Assembly: GCA_963772835.1 (NCBI GenBank)
Contig: CAVYYZ010000008.1
Span: 64,001 to 128,000 of the forward strand
From: an uncultured delta proteobacterium
GTDB lineage: Bacteria; Desulfobacterota; Desulfuromonadia; Geobacterales; Pseudopelobacteraceae
Reading direction: 5' to 3'
Length of the DNA stretch: 64,000 nucleotides
In this document: positions 11,616 through 21,492 of the stretch, in pieces
How positions within the stretch are numbered: position 1 is the stretch's first letter
How the letters are laid out: every line of letters starts with the position of its first letter
Made by a program: the position numbers and the translations under genes
The notes under the pieces: model-generated
Seen by the model: only the letters and a program-made list of their open reading frames with translations
Databases searched by the model: none
Told to the model about the DNA's origin: nothing

Positions 11616-12521
11616 ATGTATGAACCGCTGCCAACCATAGCCTTAAAAATTGATGTGGATACCTTTGTCGGTACCCGTGACGGCCTGCCGAATCTGCTGC
11701 GGATCCTTCAGCAGTTCGGTATACGTGCGACTTTTTATTTTTCTCTGGGTCCTGATAATTCGGGAAAAGCGATCCGACGGATCTTCCGGAGGGGGTTTCT
11801 CAAGAAGATGATACGCACCCGTGCACCTTCGATGTATGGGGTGCGGACGATGCTGTACGGCACGCTTCTCCCTCCGCCGGATATTGGCGAGCGGTTGGCC
11901 GCCGTACTTCTCAGCGTCAGTCAGGCCGGTCATGAAGTGGGCATCCACTGCTGGGACCATGTTAAATGGCACGATTATCTGCCCCGCTTTACGAAACAGG
12001 CAGTGTTCGAAGAGTTCGAACAGGCACGCACGGTCTTCGAGAGGATTTTTGGTCACTGTGCCCTAACCACTGCCGCACCAGGCTGGACCGTGACTGCGGA
12101 TTCCCTTGAGATACAGGATGGCCTGGGACTCACCTATTGCAGCGACGCGCGGGGTACCGGGCCGTTTTTCCCGACTATGCACGGGCGTCGATTCAAAACC
12201 CTGCAGATCCCCTCCACCTGGCCTACCATGGATGAACTGCTTGGAGAAAACGGCATTACGCCGGAAACCATCAATGATCAGTATATCAAACTTCTGAAGC
12301 CAGGGCTCAACGTCCACACAATTCATGCAGAGCTTGAAGGGAAAGCGCTCCGTGATACATTTGTTGAGCTGCTTACGCGGCTTGCCGAGCATAACGTTCG
12401 CTATGTGACCCTTGCCGAAGCCGCTGAAGAGTTCGGTGCAGCCGCTCCCTGCTGTGAGATGCGGATGGGATATGTTGCAGGGCGTGCCATGCCGGTGGCG
12501 ATCCAGGGGGCGTTGAGGTGA
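11616..12521 (+). CDS. arnD: undecaprenyl-P-L-Ara4FN deformylase (polysaccharide deacetylase fold)
   Basis: LKIDVDT, GPDNSG, HEVGIHCWDH, AAPGW, HTIHAELEG. Confidence 0.9.
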   Translation: MYEPLPTIALKIDVDTFVGTRDGLPNLLRILQQFGIRATFYFSLGPDNSGKAIRRIFRRGFLKKMIRTRAPSMYGVRTMLYGTLLPPPDIGERLAAVLLSVSQAGHEVGIHCWDHVKWHDYLPRFTKQAVFEEFEQARTVFERIFGHCALTTAAPGWTVTADSLEIQDGLGLTYCSDARGTGPFFPTMHGRRFKTLQIPSTWPTMDELLGENGITPETINDQYIKLLKPGLNVHTIHAELEGKALRDTFVELLTRLAEHNVRYVTLAEAAEEFGAAAPCCEMRMGYVAGRAMPVAIQGALR

Positions 12522-12758
12522 AGAGAGAACGCCGGAGATTGTGTGCCGAACGGAAGAAAAAAACGGGATGTAGCTGCAGATATAAACGAGAAACATCTCA
12601 TTAAAAGCCGGACCTTTTCGATTTTTGAAGTCAATATTACCTGTTGCCATCATTTTGACAATAACCTATGGTACCTCAAGAGTTCGATTCTGTCGTCTCC
12701 GGAGGGTCAACTCCGGCAGTGGAGACAGAGAGAAAGAACCCGGGGGAGTGCTATTACT

Positions 12759-12962
12759 ATGCAGATAACAACACCATATATAAAGCTGGACAGTTTTTTA
12801 AAGGCGGAAAATGCGGTTTCTTCCGGTGGGGAGGCAAAAGCCATGATCGCAGAGGGGTACATTTCGGTAAATGGCGAAGTTGAATTCCGCCGTGGTCGCA
12901 AGCTGTATCCCGGGGACAGGGTCGTGTACGGGAAAAGAAAGTTCACGGTTGAAGCGGCTTGA
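12759..12962 (+). CDS. S4-domain RNA-binding protein (YaaA/YbcJ-like)
   Basis: IKLDSFLK...SSGGEAK...VNGEVEFRRGRKLYPGD; ATG after GGGGGAG. Confidence 0.9.
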   Translation: MQITTPYIKLDSFLKAENAVSSGGEAKAMIAEGYISVNGEVEFRRGRKLYPGDRVVYGKRKFTVEAA

Positions 12963-12974
12963 ACGCCAAATAAA

Positions 12975-13004
12975 TTGACTTCTCGGCGTGTTTAAAATTA
13001 GAAT
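12975..13004 (+). promoter_or_regulatory. putative sigma70 promoter of hemE
   Basis: TTGACT-18bp-TAGAAT upstream of hemE. Confidence 0.4.
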
Positions 13005-13061
13005 GAACACTTTGTTTTGTGCCAATTACTACGCCTTAGTGCGTTATTGAGGAGAAATGCA

Positions 13062-14084
13062 ATGAATATGAGATTTCTTGATGCCTGTTGGGGAAAACCG
13101 GTAGACCGGACACCTGTGTGGCTGATGCGTCAGGCCGGTCGATATCTGCCCGAGTACATGGCGGTCCGCTCCAAATGCACGTTTCTGGAATTGTGTAAAA
13201 CACCTGAACTGGCTGCAGAAGTATCTATCCAGCCGGTCGATTTTCTCGGTGTTGATGCCGCAATCATGTTTTCAGATATTTTGACACCGGTTGAACCGAT
13301 GGGGATGAAGCTGGATTTTGTTCCGGGCCCGGTATTTGAGAACCCTATCCGTTCCATGGCCGATGTGGAGAAACTGCGTATTCCGCAGATGGAACAGGAT
13401 GTCCCCTATGTTCTCGAAACAATTAAGATATTACGGCGTGAACTTGCCGGGAAAGTGCCGCTGATCGGTTTTGGCGGTGCGCCGTTTACGTTGGCCTGTT
13501 ATATGGTTGAGGGGAAAGGTTCGAAGGACTTTGCCCAGATTAAGCGGATGATGTATGCCGCGCCTGATATCTATGCCGCACTGATGGACAAAATTACCAC
13601 CATGAGTATGGAGTATCTGAACGCCCAGATTACGGCCGGTGCGCAGTGTATCCAGATATTCGATACATGGGGGGGGATCCTCTCTCCCGCTGATTACGAA
13701 CGCTACGTTCTGCCGTATACCGTCCGGCTGATAAACGGCCTGAACCGTATGGCAACTCCGGTTATCCATTTTGTAAAAGGTTCCGGAGCCATGCTGGACA
13801 CCGTCAAGAAAGCCGGCGGCGACGTTATGGGGCTTGACTGGCACGTGAATCTGGGTGCGGCACGGGACCTGATAGGCCCGCACATGGCGGTTCAAGGTAA
13901 TCTTGATCCGACCGTGCTGTATGCTACACACGAAATTATTGAACGTGAAGTCACGCGGGTTCTGAATGAGAATGCCGATCGACCAGGGCACATTTTTAAT
14001 CTGGGGCATGGCATTCTGCCGACGGTTCCGCCCGAAAATGCCAAATTCATGGTGGAGTGCGTACATCGATTGTCACAGAAGTAA
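13062..14084 (+). CDS. hemE: uroporphyrinogen decarboxylase
   Basis: PVWLMRQAGRYLPEY, FSDIL, QIFDTWGG, QGNLDP, FNLGHGI. Confidence 0.98.
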   Translation: MNMRFLDACWGKPVDRTPVWLMRQAGRYLPEYMAVRSKCTFLELCKTPELAAEVSIQPVDFLGVDAAIMFSDILTPVEPMGMKLDFVPGPVFENPIRSMADVEKLRIPQMEQDVPYVLETIKILRRELAGKVPLIGFGGAPFTLACYMVEGKGSKDFAQIKRMMYAAPDIYAALMDKITTMSMEYLNAQITAGAQCIQIFDTWGGILSPADYERYVLPYTVRLINGLNRMATPVIHFVKGSGAMLDTVKKAGGDVMGLDWHVNLGAARDLIGPHMAVQGNLDPTVLYATHEIIEREVTRVLNENADRPGHIFNLGHGILPTVPPENAKFMVECVHRLSQK

Positions 14085-14200
14085 TTTCCAGATTAAACAG
14101 CAGCTTTAACGCAGAGGTCATGGGGGGCAGGCCGATACAACCGCTCGGATCTGCTCCCGTACCGCATGCCTCCGTAGTAAAATCTTTTCAAGAGGTAATT

Positions 14201-14554
14201 GTGTCCATCACGTTTAAAAACTTTGTGGTTTTTGTCACTGATCTTGGCAAAGCAAAAACGTTCTATGCCGATCTTCTTGGACTGCCGGTAGCCGGCCAGA
14301 GCGAGATGCTGATTGAATTTTTCCCCGGAGCGGTCACAACGCTGGGAGTTTCACTGGCGCTGAATGATGAAGCCCGCAGCCTGGTGGGAAGACACACCGG
14401 CGTGACCCTTAAGGTTGATAATATTGTCGGGACCTGCGAAACGCTCAAAAACGGCGGCGTATATTTTGTGGAGCCGCTCGAATCCAGTCCGTGGGGCAAG
14501 ATGGCGGTTGTTCAGGACTTTGATGGCAATATGATCGCTCTGGTTGACCGATAG
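14201..14554 (+). CDS. VOC/glyoxalase-family protein
   Basis: VFVTDLGKAKTFYADLLGL...PWGKMAVVQDFDGNMIAL; GTG start after GAGG. Confidence 0.85.
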   Translation: MSITFKNFVVFVTDLGKAKTFYADLLGLPVAGQSEMLIEFFPGAVTTLGVSLALNDEARSLVGRHTGVTLKVDNIVGTCETLKNGGVYFVEPLESSPWGKMAVVQDFDGNMIALVDR

Positions 14555-15022
14555 ATGCAACTCATCACCCGTGAACTGCTGGCTCGGGTATCTGACGAGG
14601 CGATGGGGAACCCGAGGCTGCGCAAGAACTACAATTTACATCCGACGGATGAATCCCGCTGTCATCGTTTGCTTAATGCCATAGAGCCCGGTTCATATAT
14701 CAGGCCGCATTGCCATCTTGATCCGGAAAAAGACGAAGCATTTATTCTGATGAACGGACGATTGGGGATAGTTACCTTTGACAATGAAGGCGGGGTTGCC
14801 GGGACGGCACTGCTATCGTTTGCCGATGGTAATCTGGCGGTCGATATCCCTCATGGTGTGTATCATACCGCTGTCAGCCTGGAGTCAGGCACCGTGTTCT
14901 ACGAAACCAAGGCAGGTCCATACCGCCCTCTGAATGAAGAAGAAACGGGTTCTTGGGCCCCTGAAGAGAACAGCCCGCAGGCTCAGGAATTTCTTAAGCA
15001 GCTGCGGAGTTTGTTTGGTTAA
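14555..15022 (+). CDS. WbuC-family cupin-fold metalloprotein
   Basis: RLRKNYNLH, PGSYIRPHCH, YHT, ETKAGPY. Confidence 0.88.
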   Translation: MQLITRELLARVSDEAMGNPRLRKNYNLHPTDESRCHRLLNAIEPGSYIRPHCHLDPEKDEAFILMNGRLGIVTFDNEGGVAGTALLSFADGNLAVDIPHGVYHTAVSLESGTVFYETKAGPYRPLNEEETGSWAPEENSPQAQEFLKQLRSLFG

Positions 15023-15023
15023 T

Positions 15024-15629
15024 ATGTACTCCCTCCGCATGTTGGTGCTTCTGATTCTCTTCGTTCCGGGCATGACCGGTTCAGCCGCCATTGCCGCGAC
15101 TCCTCCACGAATGCGGCCATATACTGGGATCGGAGTGGTCGTTTTTCCGAATCCAGATAAAATCCCGGTTCAGAGTCTGCAGATCCGATTGTACGGGGAA
15201 CCGGGGCTTTCCCGGGTTGGAATATTGGAAAGTCACGGTTTAACCGGGAACGAATGGGTATTTGGTCTCCCTGAAGGGTCCGCCCGGTTCATAGTTTCTG
15301 CCCGTAAAGGAGACTGGCTGCGGGTATGTTACGATGACGCCGGCCGGGAGGCCTGGATAAACCCACAGAACAAAGGGCGTTTTCATTCGTGGGAGCAGTT
15401 TTTAAAGCTTCAGACCGGCCGCATGCTCCCCGGCTTGCAGCCGCAGTATTACCAGCTGCAGCAACAGCCTGGCGGGAAAATACTTGGAACGATGACACCA
15501 AAGCAGGTGCTCAAGGTGTTGAAACTTGAGAATTCCTGGAGCATGGTGCTGACCGACCTTGGACAGATAGGCTGGGTACGATGGCGAGATGATGATGGCC
15601 GCCTGACAATCGGTACGGGGAAAAAATAG
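15024..15629 (+). CDS. exported hypothetical protein (SH3-like repeats)
   Basis: Signal peptide; two GDWLRV...EAWI / NSWSMV...IGWVRW SH3b-like segments. Confidence 0.6.
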   Translation: MYSLRMLVLLILFVPGMTGSAAIAATPPRMRPYTGIGVVVFPNPDKIPVQSLQIRLYGEPGLSRVGILESHGLTGNEWVFGLPEGSARFIVSARKGDWLRVCYDDAGREAWINPQNKGRFHSWEQFLKLQTGRMLPGLQPQYYQLQQQPGGKILGTMTPKQVLKVLKLENSWSMVLTDLGQIGWVRWRDDDGRLTIGTGKK

Positions 15630-15685
15630 TAACACTCTGAAAACGATCATTGTATCAGAAATTCTAGATCTATTTGAGGTGCGGA

Positions 15686-16990
15686 ATGAGAATTGAACTG
15701 GTGCCGCCCGGGTCCGGCGAATTGACGTATGAAATCAGAAATATCGTCAATGTGGCAGAAAAACTCCAGAAACATGGCGTCAAGATTAACTGGGAAAATA
15801 TAGGCGACCCGATCGTAAAGGGTGAGGTCATTCCGGAATGGATGAAAGAAATCGTCGCCAGGGCCGCAATGGATAACCGAACCTGGGGCTATTGCCATAC
15901 CCGTGGTGTGCTTGAAACCCGTGAATTTATCTGCGAAACAACCAATAGTCGCGGCGGCGCACAGATCACTCCCGATGACATCATTTTCTTCAACGGGTTG
16001 GGGGATGCAATAGCCAAAATCTACGGCAGCCTGCGTCCGGAAGCGCGCGTACTTATGCCGTCGCCCTCCTATACAACCCACACCCTGGGTGAGATCGGCC
16101 ATGCCCATGCGGCCCCCTCACTGTTCTGCCTCAAGCCGGATAATAACTGGTATCCGGATATGGAGGACCTGCGCAATCATGTTCGCTACAACCCGAATAT
16201 CTGTGCAATCATGCTGATCAACCCGGATAACCCGACCGGCATGGTCTACACCAGAGAGATGCTTTTGGAAATAGTTGCGGTGGCCCGTGAAAACGACCTC
16301 TTCATAATAGCCGACGAGGTGTACATCAACATCGTGTATAACGGCGAAAGCACAGTACCGATCAGCGACGTTATCGGGGATGTCCCCGCCATTTCCTTGA
16401 AAGGTATCTCCAAGGAGTTCCCGTGGCCAGGTTCCCGCTGCGGATGGATTGAGGTGTATAACGGGGAGAAAGACGAGCGCTTCCGGAAATATATCAATAT
16501 GATACTCACCGGCAAGATGAATGAAGTCTGCTCAACGACTCTGCCGCAAATGGTCATCCCGGAAATCGTCCGTCACCCCGCATATTCTGCGTATCTTGCC
16601 CAGCGAATCGCCAGCTACGAACGGATGAGCAACATAACCTATGACTGCCTCAGCCAGGTTCCCGCACTGCAGGTGAATCGTACGAACGGGGCTTTTTACA
16701 TGGCCGTGGCATTTAAGGATGGTCTGCTGAACAACCGTCAGTCGCTTCCGATAGAAAACCTGGAGGTCAGGGAGCTGGTCGGGGGGTTGATAAACCAGCC
16801 GGGGGTTTCTCCCGATAAACGCTTCGTGTACCAGATCCTGGCGACTACCGGCATCTGTATTGTGCCACTTTCTTCATTTTCCACCCCTCTGCAGGGGTTC
16901 CGTGTCACGCTTCTGGAGAAGGACGAAAATGAATGCCGCCGGATATACAGTACGCTGGCGGAGAAAATAGGGGAGTATCTGCATTCCTGA
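15686..16990 (+). CDS. class I/II PLP-dependent aminotransferase (AlaA-like)
   Basis: ENIGDP, INPDNPTG, ADEVY, GISKEFPWPGSRCGW. Confidence 0.88.
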   Translation: MRIELVPPGSGELTYEIRNIVNVAEKLQKHGVKINWENIGDPIVKGEVIPEWMKEIVARAAMDNRTWGYCHTRGVLETREFICETTNSRGGAQITPDDIIFFNGLGDAIAKIYGSLRPEARVLMPSPSYTTHTLGEIGHAHAAPSLFCLKPDNNWYPDMEDLRNHVRYNPNICAIMLINPDNPTGMVYTREMLLEIVAVARENDLFIIADEVYINIVYNGESTVPISDVIGDVPAISLKGISKEFPWPGSRCGWIEVYNGEKDERFRKYINMILTGKMNEVCSTTLPQMVIPEIVRHPAYSAYLAQRIASYERMSNITYDCLSQVPALQVNRTNGAFYMAVAFKDGLLNNRQSLPIENLEVRELVGGLINQPGVSPDKRFVYQILATTGICIVPLSSFSTPLQGFRVTLLEKDENECRRIYSTLAEKIGEYLHS

Positions 16991-17020
16991 TGCCGCTCTT
17001 CAGAATGCGGGTTTCATAAT

Positions 17021-17062
17021 ATAAAGAAGGGGGAAAGGCGCCTGCCATTCCCCCTTCTTTAT
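17021..17062. terminator. bidirectional terminator between convergent genes
   Basis: ATAAAGAAGGGGGAA...TTCCCCCTTCTTTAT inverted repeat. Confidence 0.75.
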
Positions 17063-17090
17063 GTAATTGTGTCGCGGAACAACTGCCTGG

Positions 17091-17279
17091 TCATGCTTTC
17101 TTGTCACCGTCATCGCTCTTCGGTTTGATCTCAATCTCGTCTTTGCCATCCGCCGCTTTCTTGAAGTTACGGATACTTTTGCCAAGCGCCCCGCCGATTT
17201 CCGGAAGTTTCCCCGCCCCGAAAACGACTAGAACTATGACCAGTATGATTATCATTTCCGGCATGCCAAAACCAAACAT
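17091..17279 (-). CDS. tatA: twin-arginine translocase TatA/E
   Basis: [40 protein letters not shown]. Confidence 0.96.
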   Translation of the reverse strand: MFGFGMPEMIIILVIVLVVFGAGKLPEIGGALGKSIRNFKKAADGKDEIEIKPKSDDGDKKA

Positions 17280-17518
17280 TGTGCCCCCTCTGCAGCGAGT
17301 GTGTATTGTTGCGGTACTATCTCATTGACTAAAAAATAAATCAAGTGTGGTGACGCATACTTCAAGTTGTCAGTGTTGAAGCGGGGGGTAGGGCGATGAC
17401 CTATGGGGCCAGTAAAAATAGATATTTACGCACATAAACAGTCTTTTCATGCCTCATTGACTCTGCTCATTACGCATGATACAAGTATGCACATATCGTA
17501 TGTAGTACCGGGGGGCGT

Positions 17519-18553
17519 ATGTCAAACAGCCAATACAGGGGCGCGGCAGCGGTTCGGTCTGTTTTGATCGCTTTTTCCCTGTTCTGTTCATGCGGAACAG
17601 CTTCCGCTGCAGACATGGAGATAACGCCCTTCAGTACCTTTAATCAAAGCCCACTGGTTCAGATCTACGGACTTCCGCACGAAACCAGCGCTGCTATCGT
17701 CCCGCCCGGGTCGTTTCATGTTGCCCTGACCCAGGACCTCTCCAGCAACTATACTGTCAACCGCAATGGCCAGGAAAAGATAACACTTGATGGTGAAACC
17801 TACAGAACGACCTTTTCGGCCCGGTACGGAATCGCTTCACGCTGGGAGGCGGGGATCGAAATTCCGTACCTTGTGCAGGGCGGCGGTTTTCTCGACAGTT
17901 TTGTCATCGACTGGCACAATACGTTCGGTCTGCCGCAAGGTAACCGGGACACCGCCACCAAAAACAGTATTAATTACAGCTACTTCAAGGATGGCGTTCA
18001 GAGGCTGCTGGTCAACCGCTCCGGGTCAGGAATTGGTGACATCACTCTGACCGGAGGATTCAGCCTGTATGATGTACGCGATACAGGGAGTCATAACAGG
18101 CTGGCCCTTAAAGGGGCGGTCAAGCTTCCTACCGGTGACAGTTCAAACCTGTTCGGCAGCGGCAGCACCGACTATATGCTCCAGCTCTGCGGCAGTATGA
18201 TCAATTATAGCGAATGGGGGTCTCTCGGTGTGTACGGATCCGCCGGTGGTCTTGCCATGTCCGGGAGTGATGTTCTGCGCGATCAGCATAACCCGCTTGC
18301 GGCTGTTGGTACGCTCGGTTTCGGGTGGGGACCTGCATCATGGATATCTTTCAAGGTACAGCTCAATGGCAATACTCCTTTGTATCGCGACAGTTCGCTG
18401 GGTGAACTTTCAAAAAGCCCGCTGCTGCTGATTCTCGGGGGGGCGCTCACGTTGCCGGGAGAGTATCTGCTCGATATAGGAGTTTCAGAGGATGTGGCGG
18501 TAACCACGGCACCGGATGTGAGTTTCCATCTGGGGCTGAGTAAGCGGTACTAA
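17519..18553 (+). CDS. DUF3187-like outer-membrane beta-barrel protein
   Basis: Signal peptide; GGFLDSFVIDWHNTFGLPQG, VKLPTGD, SEDVAVTTAPDVSFHLG; terminal aromatic residue. Confidence 0.75.
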   Translation: MSNSQYRGAAAVRSVLIAFSLFCSCGTASAADMEITPFSTFNQSPLVQIYGLPHETSAAIVPPGSFHVALTQDLSSNYTVNRNGQEKITLDGETYRTTFSARYGIASRWEAGIEIPYLVQGGGFLDSFVIDWHNTFGLPQGNRDTATKNSINYSYFKDGVQRLLVNRSGSGIGDITLTGGFSLYDVRDTGSHNRLALKGAVKLPTGDSSNLFGSGSTDYMLQLCGSMINYSEWGSLGVYGSAGGLAMSGSDVLRDQHNPLAAVGTLGFGWGPASWISFKVQLNGNTPLYRDSSLGELSKSPLLLILGGALTLPGEYLLDIGVSEDVAVTTAPDVSFHLGLSKRY

Positions 18554-18577
18554 AAAAGCCCCATTTCAGGGGCTTTT
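18552..18577. terminator. bidirectional terminator
   Basis: AAAAAAGCCCC-ATTTCA-GGGGCTTTT between convergent genes. Confidence 0.8.
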
Positions 18578-18598
18578 GTGCGATCATATCATACGTGC

Positions 18599-19126
18599 TC
18601 AGTATTTCTGATCGGCGTAATCGACCCAGCCTCCGGCCAGAACCAGTGCCTTGTCAAAAGGTGAAATCTCAAAAGAAAAGGATTTCTGTTTGCCTCCGCC
18701 GTTCATGGTCAGAGTTCCGGCTTCGATATCGACACTCATGGTGGCATCTTCGTCATCCGCATGGGAAAATATCTGGTCGAGATCGGACGTGGGGAGTTCG
18801 ATGGCTGCCATGCCGCAGTTGAACATGTTCTGGCGGAAAATGCGGGCAAAAGATTCGGCAATTACGGCGGTGATGCCGTTAACCTCAAATACCCAGGGTG
18901 CGTGTTCGCGGGATGAACCGCACCCGAAGTTGGCGCGGGAGATGATCACCCGGGCATTCCTGGTTTTAGGTCCATCCGGATCAAAACCGGGAAGTTTCAG
19001 GTCTTCCAGGATGTAGGGTTTTAAATCTTCCTTCGTGATTTCGGTCAGATACTTTGCCGGGATGATCTCGTCGGTGTTGATGTCGCTGCGGTCAAGAAAG
19101 AGGACAGGTCCTCCGAATGTTTTCAT
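18599..19126 (-). CDS. leuD: 3-isopropylmalate dehydratase small subunit
   Basis: DINTDEIIP, NFGCGSSREHA, AESFARIF; ATG after AGGAG. Confidence 0.93.
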   Translation of the reverse strand: MKTFGGPVLFLDRSDINTDEIIPAKYLTEITKEDLKPYILEDLKLPGFDPDGPKTRNARVIISRANFGCGSSREHAPWVFEVNGITAVIAESFARIFRQNMFNCGMAAIELPTSDLDQIFSHADDEDATMSVDIEAGTLTMNGGGKQKSFSFEISPFDKALVLAGGWVDYADQKY

Positions 19127-19163
19127 ATTATGACTCCTTGAACATAATAATTTGAGTATCATT

Positions 19164-19267
19164 CACCACGAAGGCACGAAGGACACGAAGAATGGAAAAA
19201 ACAAATAACTACAGGATTATGTAATGACTTCCCGTCTGTTTTTCGTGTACTTCGTGCCTTCGTGGTG
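19164..19267. repeat. REP/MITE-like inverted-repeat element between leuC and leuD
   Basis: CACCACGAAGGCACGAAGGACACGAA pairs with TTCGTGTACTTCGTGCCTTCGTGGTG (25/26); ~50 bp AT-rich spacer. Confidence 0.85.
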
Positions 19268-19276
19268 TGACTGATT

Positions 19277-20560
19277 TTATAAGTACTTCCTCGGGTCGGC
19301 GATCTTCCCTTCAATTGCGCTGGCCGCTGCAGTTGCCGGTGACATCAGATGTACCATGCCCCCTTTGCCCATCCGCCCCATGAAGTTGCGGTTGGTTGTC
19401 GATGCGCACACTTCCCCGTCTGCCAGAACGCCGTTGCTCATACCCAGACAGGCGCCGCAGGTCGGGTTGGTGACGCAGAACCCGGCATCCATGAAGATGT
19501 CGATCAAACCTTCTTTTGTGGCGTCCTTAAAAATTGCCGGCGTGGCCGGCGAGAGGATTCCGCGCACATTCGGAGCAAGTGTGCGGCCCTTCAAAATCTG
19601 CGCCGCGATGCGCAGGTCTTCAAGCCTGCCGTTGGTGCAAGAGCCGATGTAGATCTGATCAAGCGGAGTGCCGGCCAGTTCTGATACGGTTTTAACCTGA
19701 TCCGGTTTGTAGCCGAAGGTAATTGTCGGCTGCAGAGTTGCGACATCAATCTCGATCGTCTGGTCGTATTCGGCATCAGCGTCGGACCGCCATTGCGAGT
19801 AATCAGTCAGAGCTGCTTCCCTGCTGGCAAAATCTCCCTGAATAAATGGCCATAGGTACTCTACGGTCGTCATGTCAGGCTGGCAGATACCCGATGTACC
19901 TCCCGCTTCGATAGCCATGTTGCAGAGTGTCATGCGCGATTCCATGGTCATGTCGTCGATCGTCGAGCCGTGAAATTCCATGACCCGGTCGGTGGCGCCG
20001 TTGACGCCGATCTTCCCTATGATGTGCAGGATAACGTCTTTTGCATAGACACCCTTGGGGAGTGAACCGCTGACGTTGAACTTAATCGTTTTGGGCTGGC
20101 GGAAGGCACAGACCCCCTTCAAAATACCGACCTCCAGGTCGGTCGTACCGATGCCGGCCGCAAATGCACCGAAAGCTCCATGAGTGCAGGTGTGGGAATC
20201 ACCCATGATGACCGTATAGCCGGGGCGGATGAAGCCGCGTTCCGGGAAAAGGGCGTGACAGACGCCGTTAGCACCGATATCAAAGAAATCCCTGATTTCA
20301 TGACGGCGCGCCCAGTCACGCAGAATCTTGGCCTGGGTGGCGGTTTTTGTATCCTTGCTCGGTGTTACATGGTCAATGACCGCCTTGATCTTCGTCGGAT
20401 CAAAGACACGATCCTTGCCGCGCCGGATCAGGTCGTCTATGGCAATCGGCGTGGTGATCTCGTGGCAGAGTACCACATCCAGGCGCAGCACTTTGGTGCC
20501 GGGAAATGGTTCGTTTACCAGATGAGCATCAAATATTTTTTCTGAAGTTGTTTTACCCAT
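19277..20560 (-). CDS. leuC: 3-isopropylmalate dehydratase large subunit
   Basis: GDSHTCTHGAFG, IGSCTNGR, CGACLG, STTNRNFMGRMG; ATG at 20560. Confidence 0.95.
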   Translation of the reverse strand: MGKTTSEKIFDAHLVNEPFPGTKVLRLDVVLCHEITTPIAIDDLIRRGKDRVFDPTKIKAVIDHVTPSKDTKTATQAKILRDWARRHEIRDFFDIGANGVCHALFPERGFIRPGYTVIMGDSHTCTHGAFGAFAAGIGTTDLEVGILKGVCAFRQPKTIKFNVSGSLPKGVYAKDVILHIIGKIGVNGATDRVMEFHGSTIDDMTMESRMTLCNMAIEAGGTSGICQPDMTTVEYLWPFIQGDFASREAALTDYSQWRSDADAEYDQTIEIDVATLQPTITFGYKPDQVKTVSELAGTPLDQIYIGSCTNGRLEDLRIAAQILKGRTLAPNVRGILSPATPAIFKDATKEGLIDIFMDAGFCVTNPTCGACLGMSNGVLADGEVCASTTNRNFMGRMGKGGMVHLMSPATAAASAIEGKIADPRKYL

Positions 20561-20741
20561 TTTTTCGACCTCGCGTGATTCAAAGTATTCGTGAACTTGT
20601 ATCATAGCTGTCAGGAAAAAGTAAACCGGTGAACTTTTTTTTGATGAAGTAAAATAGAAGCCGGCAGAGGTTTTTTCATGAAAAACTACCTCAGACATGG
20701 TATAAATACACGAACAAATTCGAATCAGCAGGGATGCTTTC

Positions 20742-21491
20742 ATGGATCAGGAATATTTCAAATTAATGCTCAACTCGGTCCGGCAGGGGGAACTTTCCGT
20801 AGATGCTGCTCTACAGCAGCTGCGACAGTTGCCGTTTCAGGATATCGGTTGCGCCCATATAGATCATCACCGCCAACTACGGCAAGGGATGCCGGAGATG
20901 ATATTCGGTGAAGGAAAAACGGCGGAACAGATTGCGGCCATCACCGCTGCCATGTCTGACAGGGGGAGCAATGTCCTTGTGACACGTCTGGAAGAGGAGA
21001 AAGCGCGGTTCGTCATGGGCGCATTTCCTGCCGCGTTTTATCATGCCGAGGCGCGCTGCCTGACGCTTGAACATCAGTCTCCGGAACAGAGGGGCAAGGG
21101 GACGGTTCTGGTGGTCTCAGCCGGTACGTCAGATATCCCGGTTGCCGCCGAGGCGCTGGTGACCGCACGTTTTCTGGGTAACCGGGTTGAACAGATCTAT
21201 GATGTCGGTGTGGCGGGTATTCACCGGTTGCTGGCCCGGCGGGAGCAGCTTGATGCGGCCACGGTAATCATCGTTGTGGCCGGAATGGAAGGGGCCCTCC
21301 CTTCAGTCGTCGGAGGACTGGTGGATAAGCCGGTGATTGCCGTGCCGACATCGGTCGGGTACGGCGCCTCTTTCGGCGGCATTGCGGCGCTTCTTGGAAT
21401 GCTTAACTCCTGCGCTGCCGGTGTAACTGTCGTTAACATTGACAATGGCTTCGGCGCTGCCTGTGCGGCGAGCCTGATTAACCGGGTGTGA
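20742..21491 (+). CDS. larB: nickel-pincer cofactor biosynthesis protein LarB
   Basis: SAGTSDIPVAAEA, DVGVAGIHRL, VAGMEGALPSVVGG, VPTSVGYG, VVNIDNGFGA. Confidence 0.95.
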   Translation: MDQEYFKLMLNSVRQGELSVDAALQQLRQLPFQDIGCAHIDHHRQLRQGMPEMIFGEGKTAEQIAAITAAMSDRGSNVLVTRLEEEKARFVMGAFPAAFYHAEARCLTLEHQSPEQRGKGTVLVVSAGTSDIPVAAEALVTARFLGNRVEQIYDVGVAGIHRLLARREQLDAATVIIVVAGMEGALPSVVGGLVDKPVIAVPTSVGYGASFGGIAALLGMLNSCAAGVTVVNIDNGFGAACAASLINRV

Positions 21492-21492
21492 T

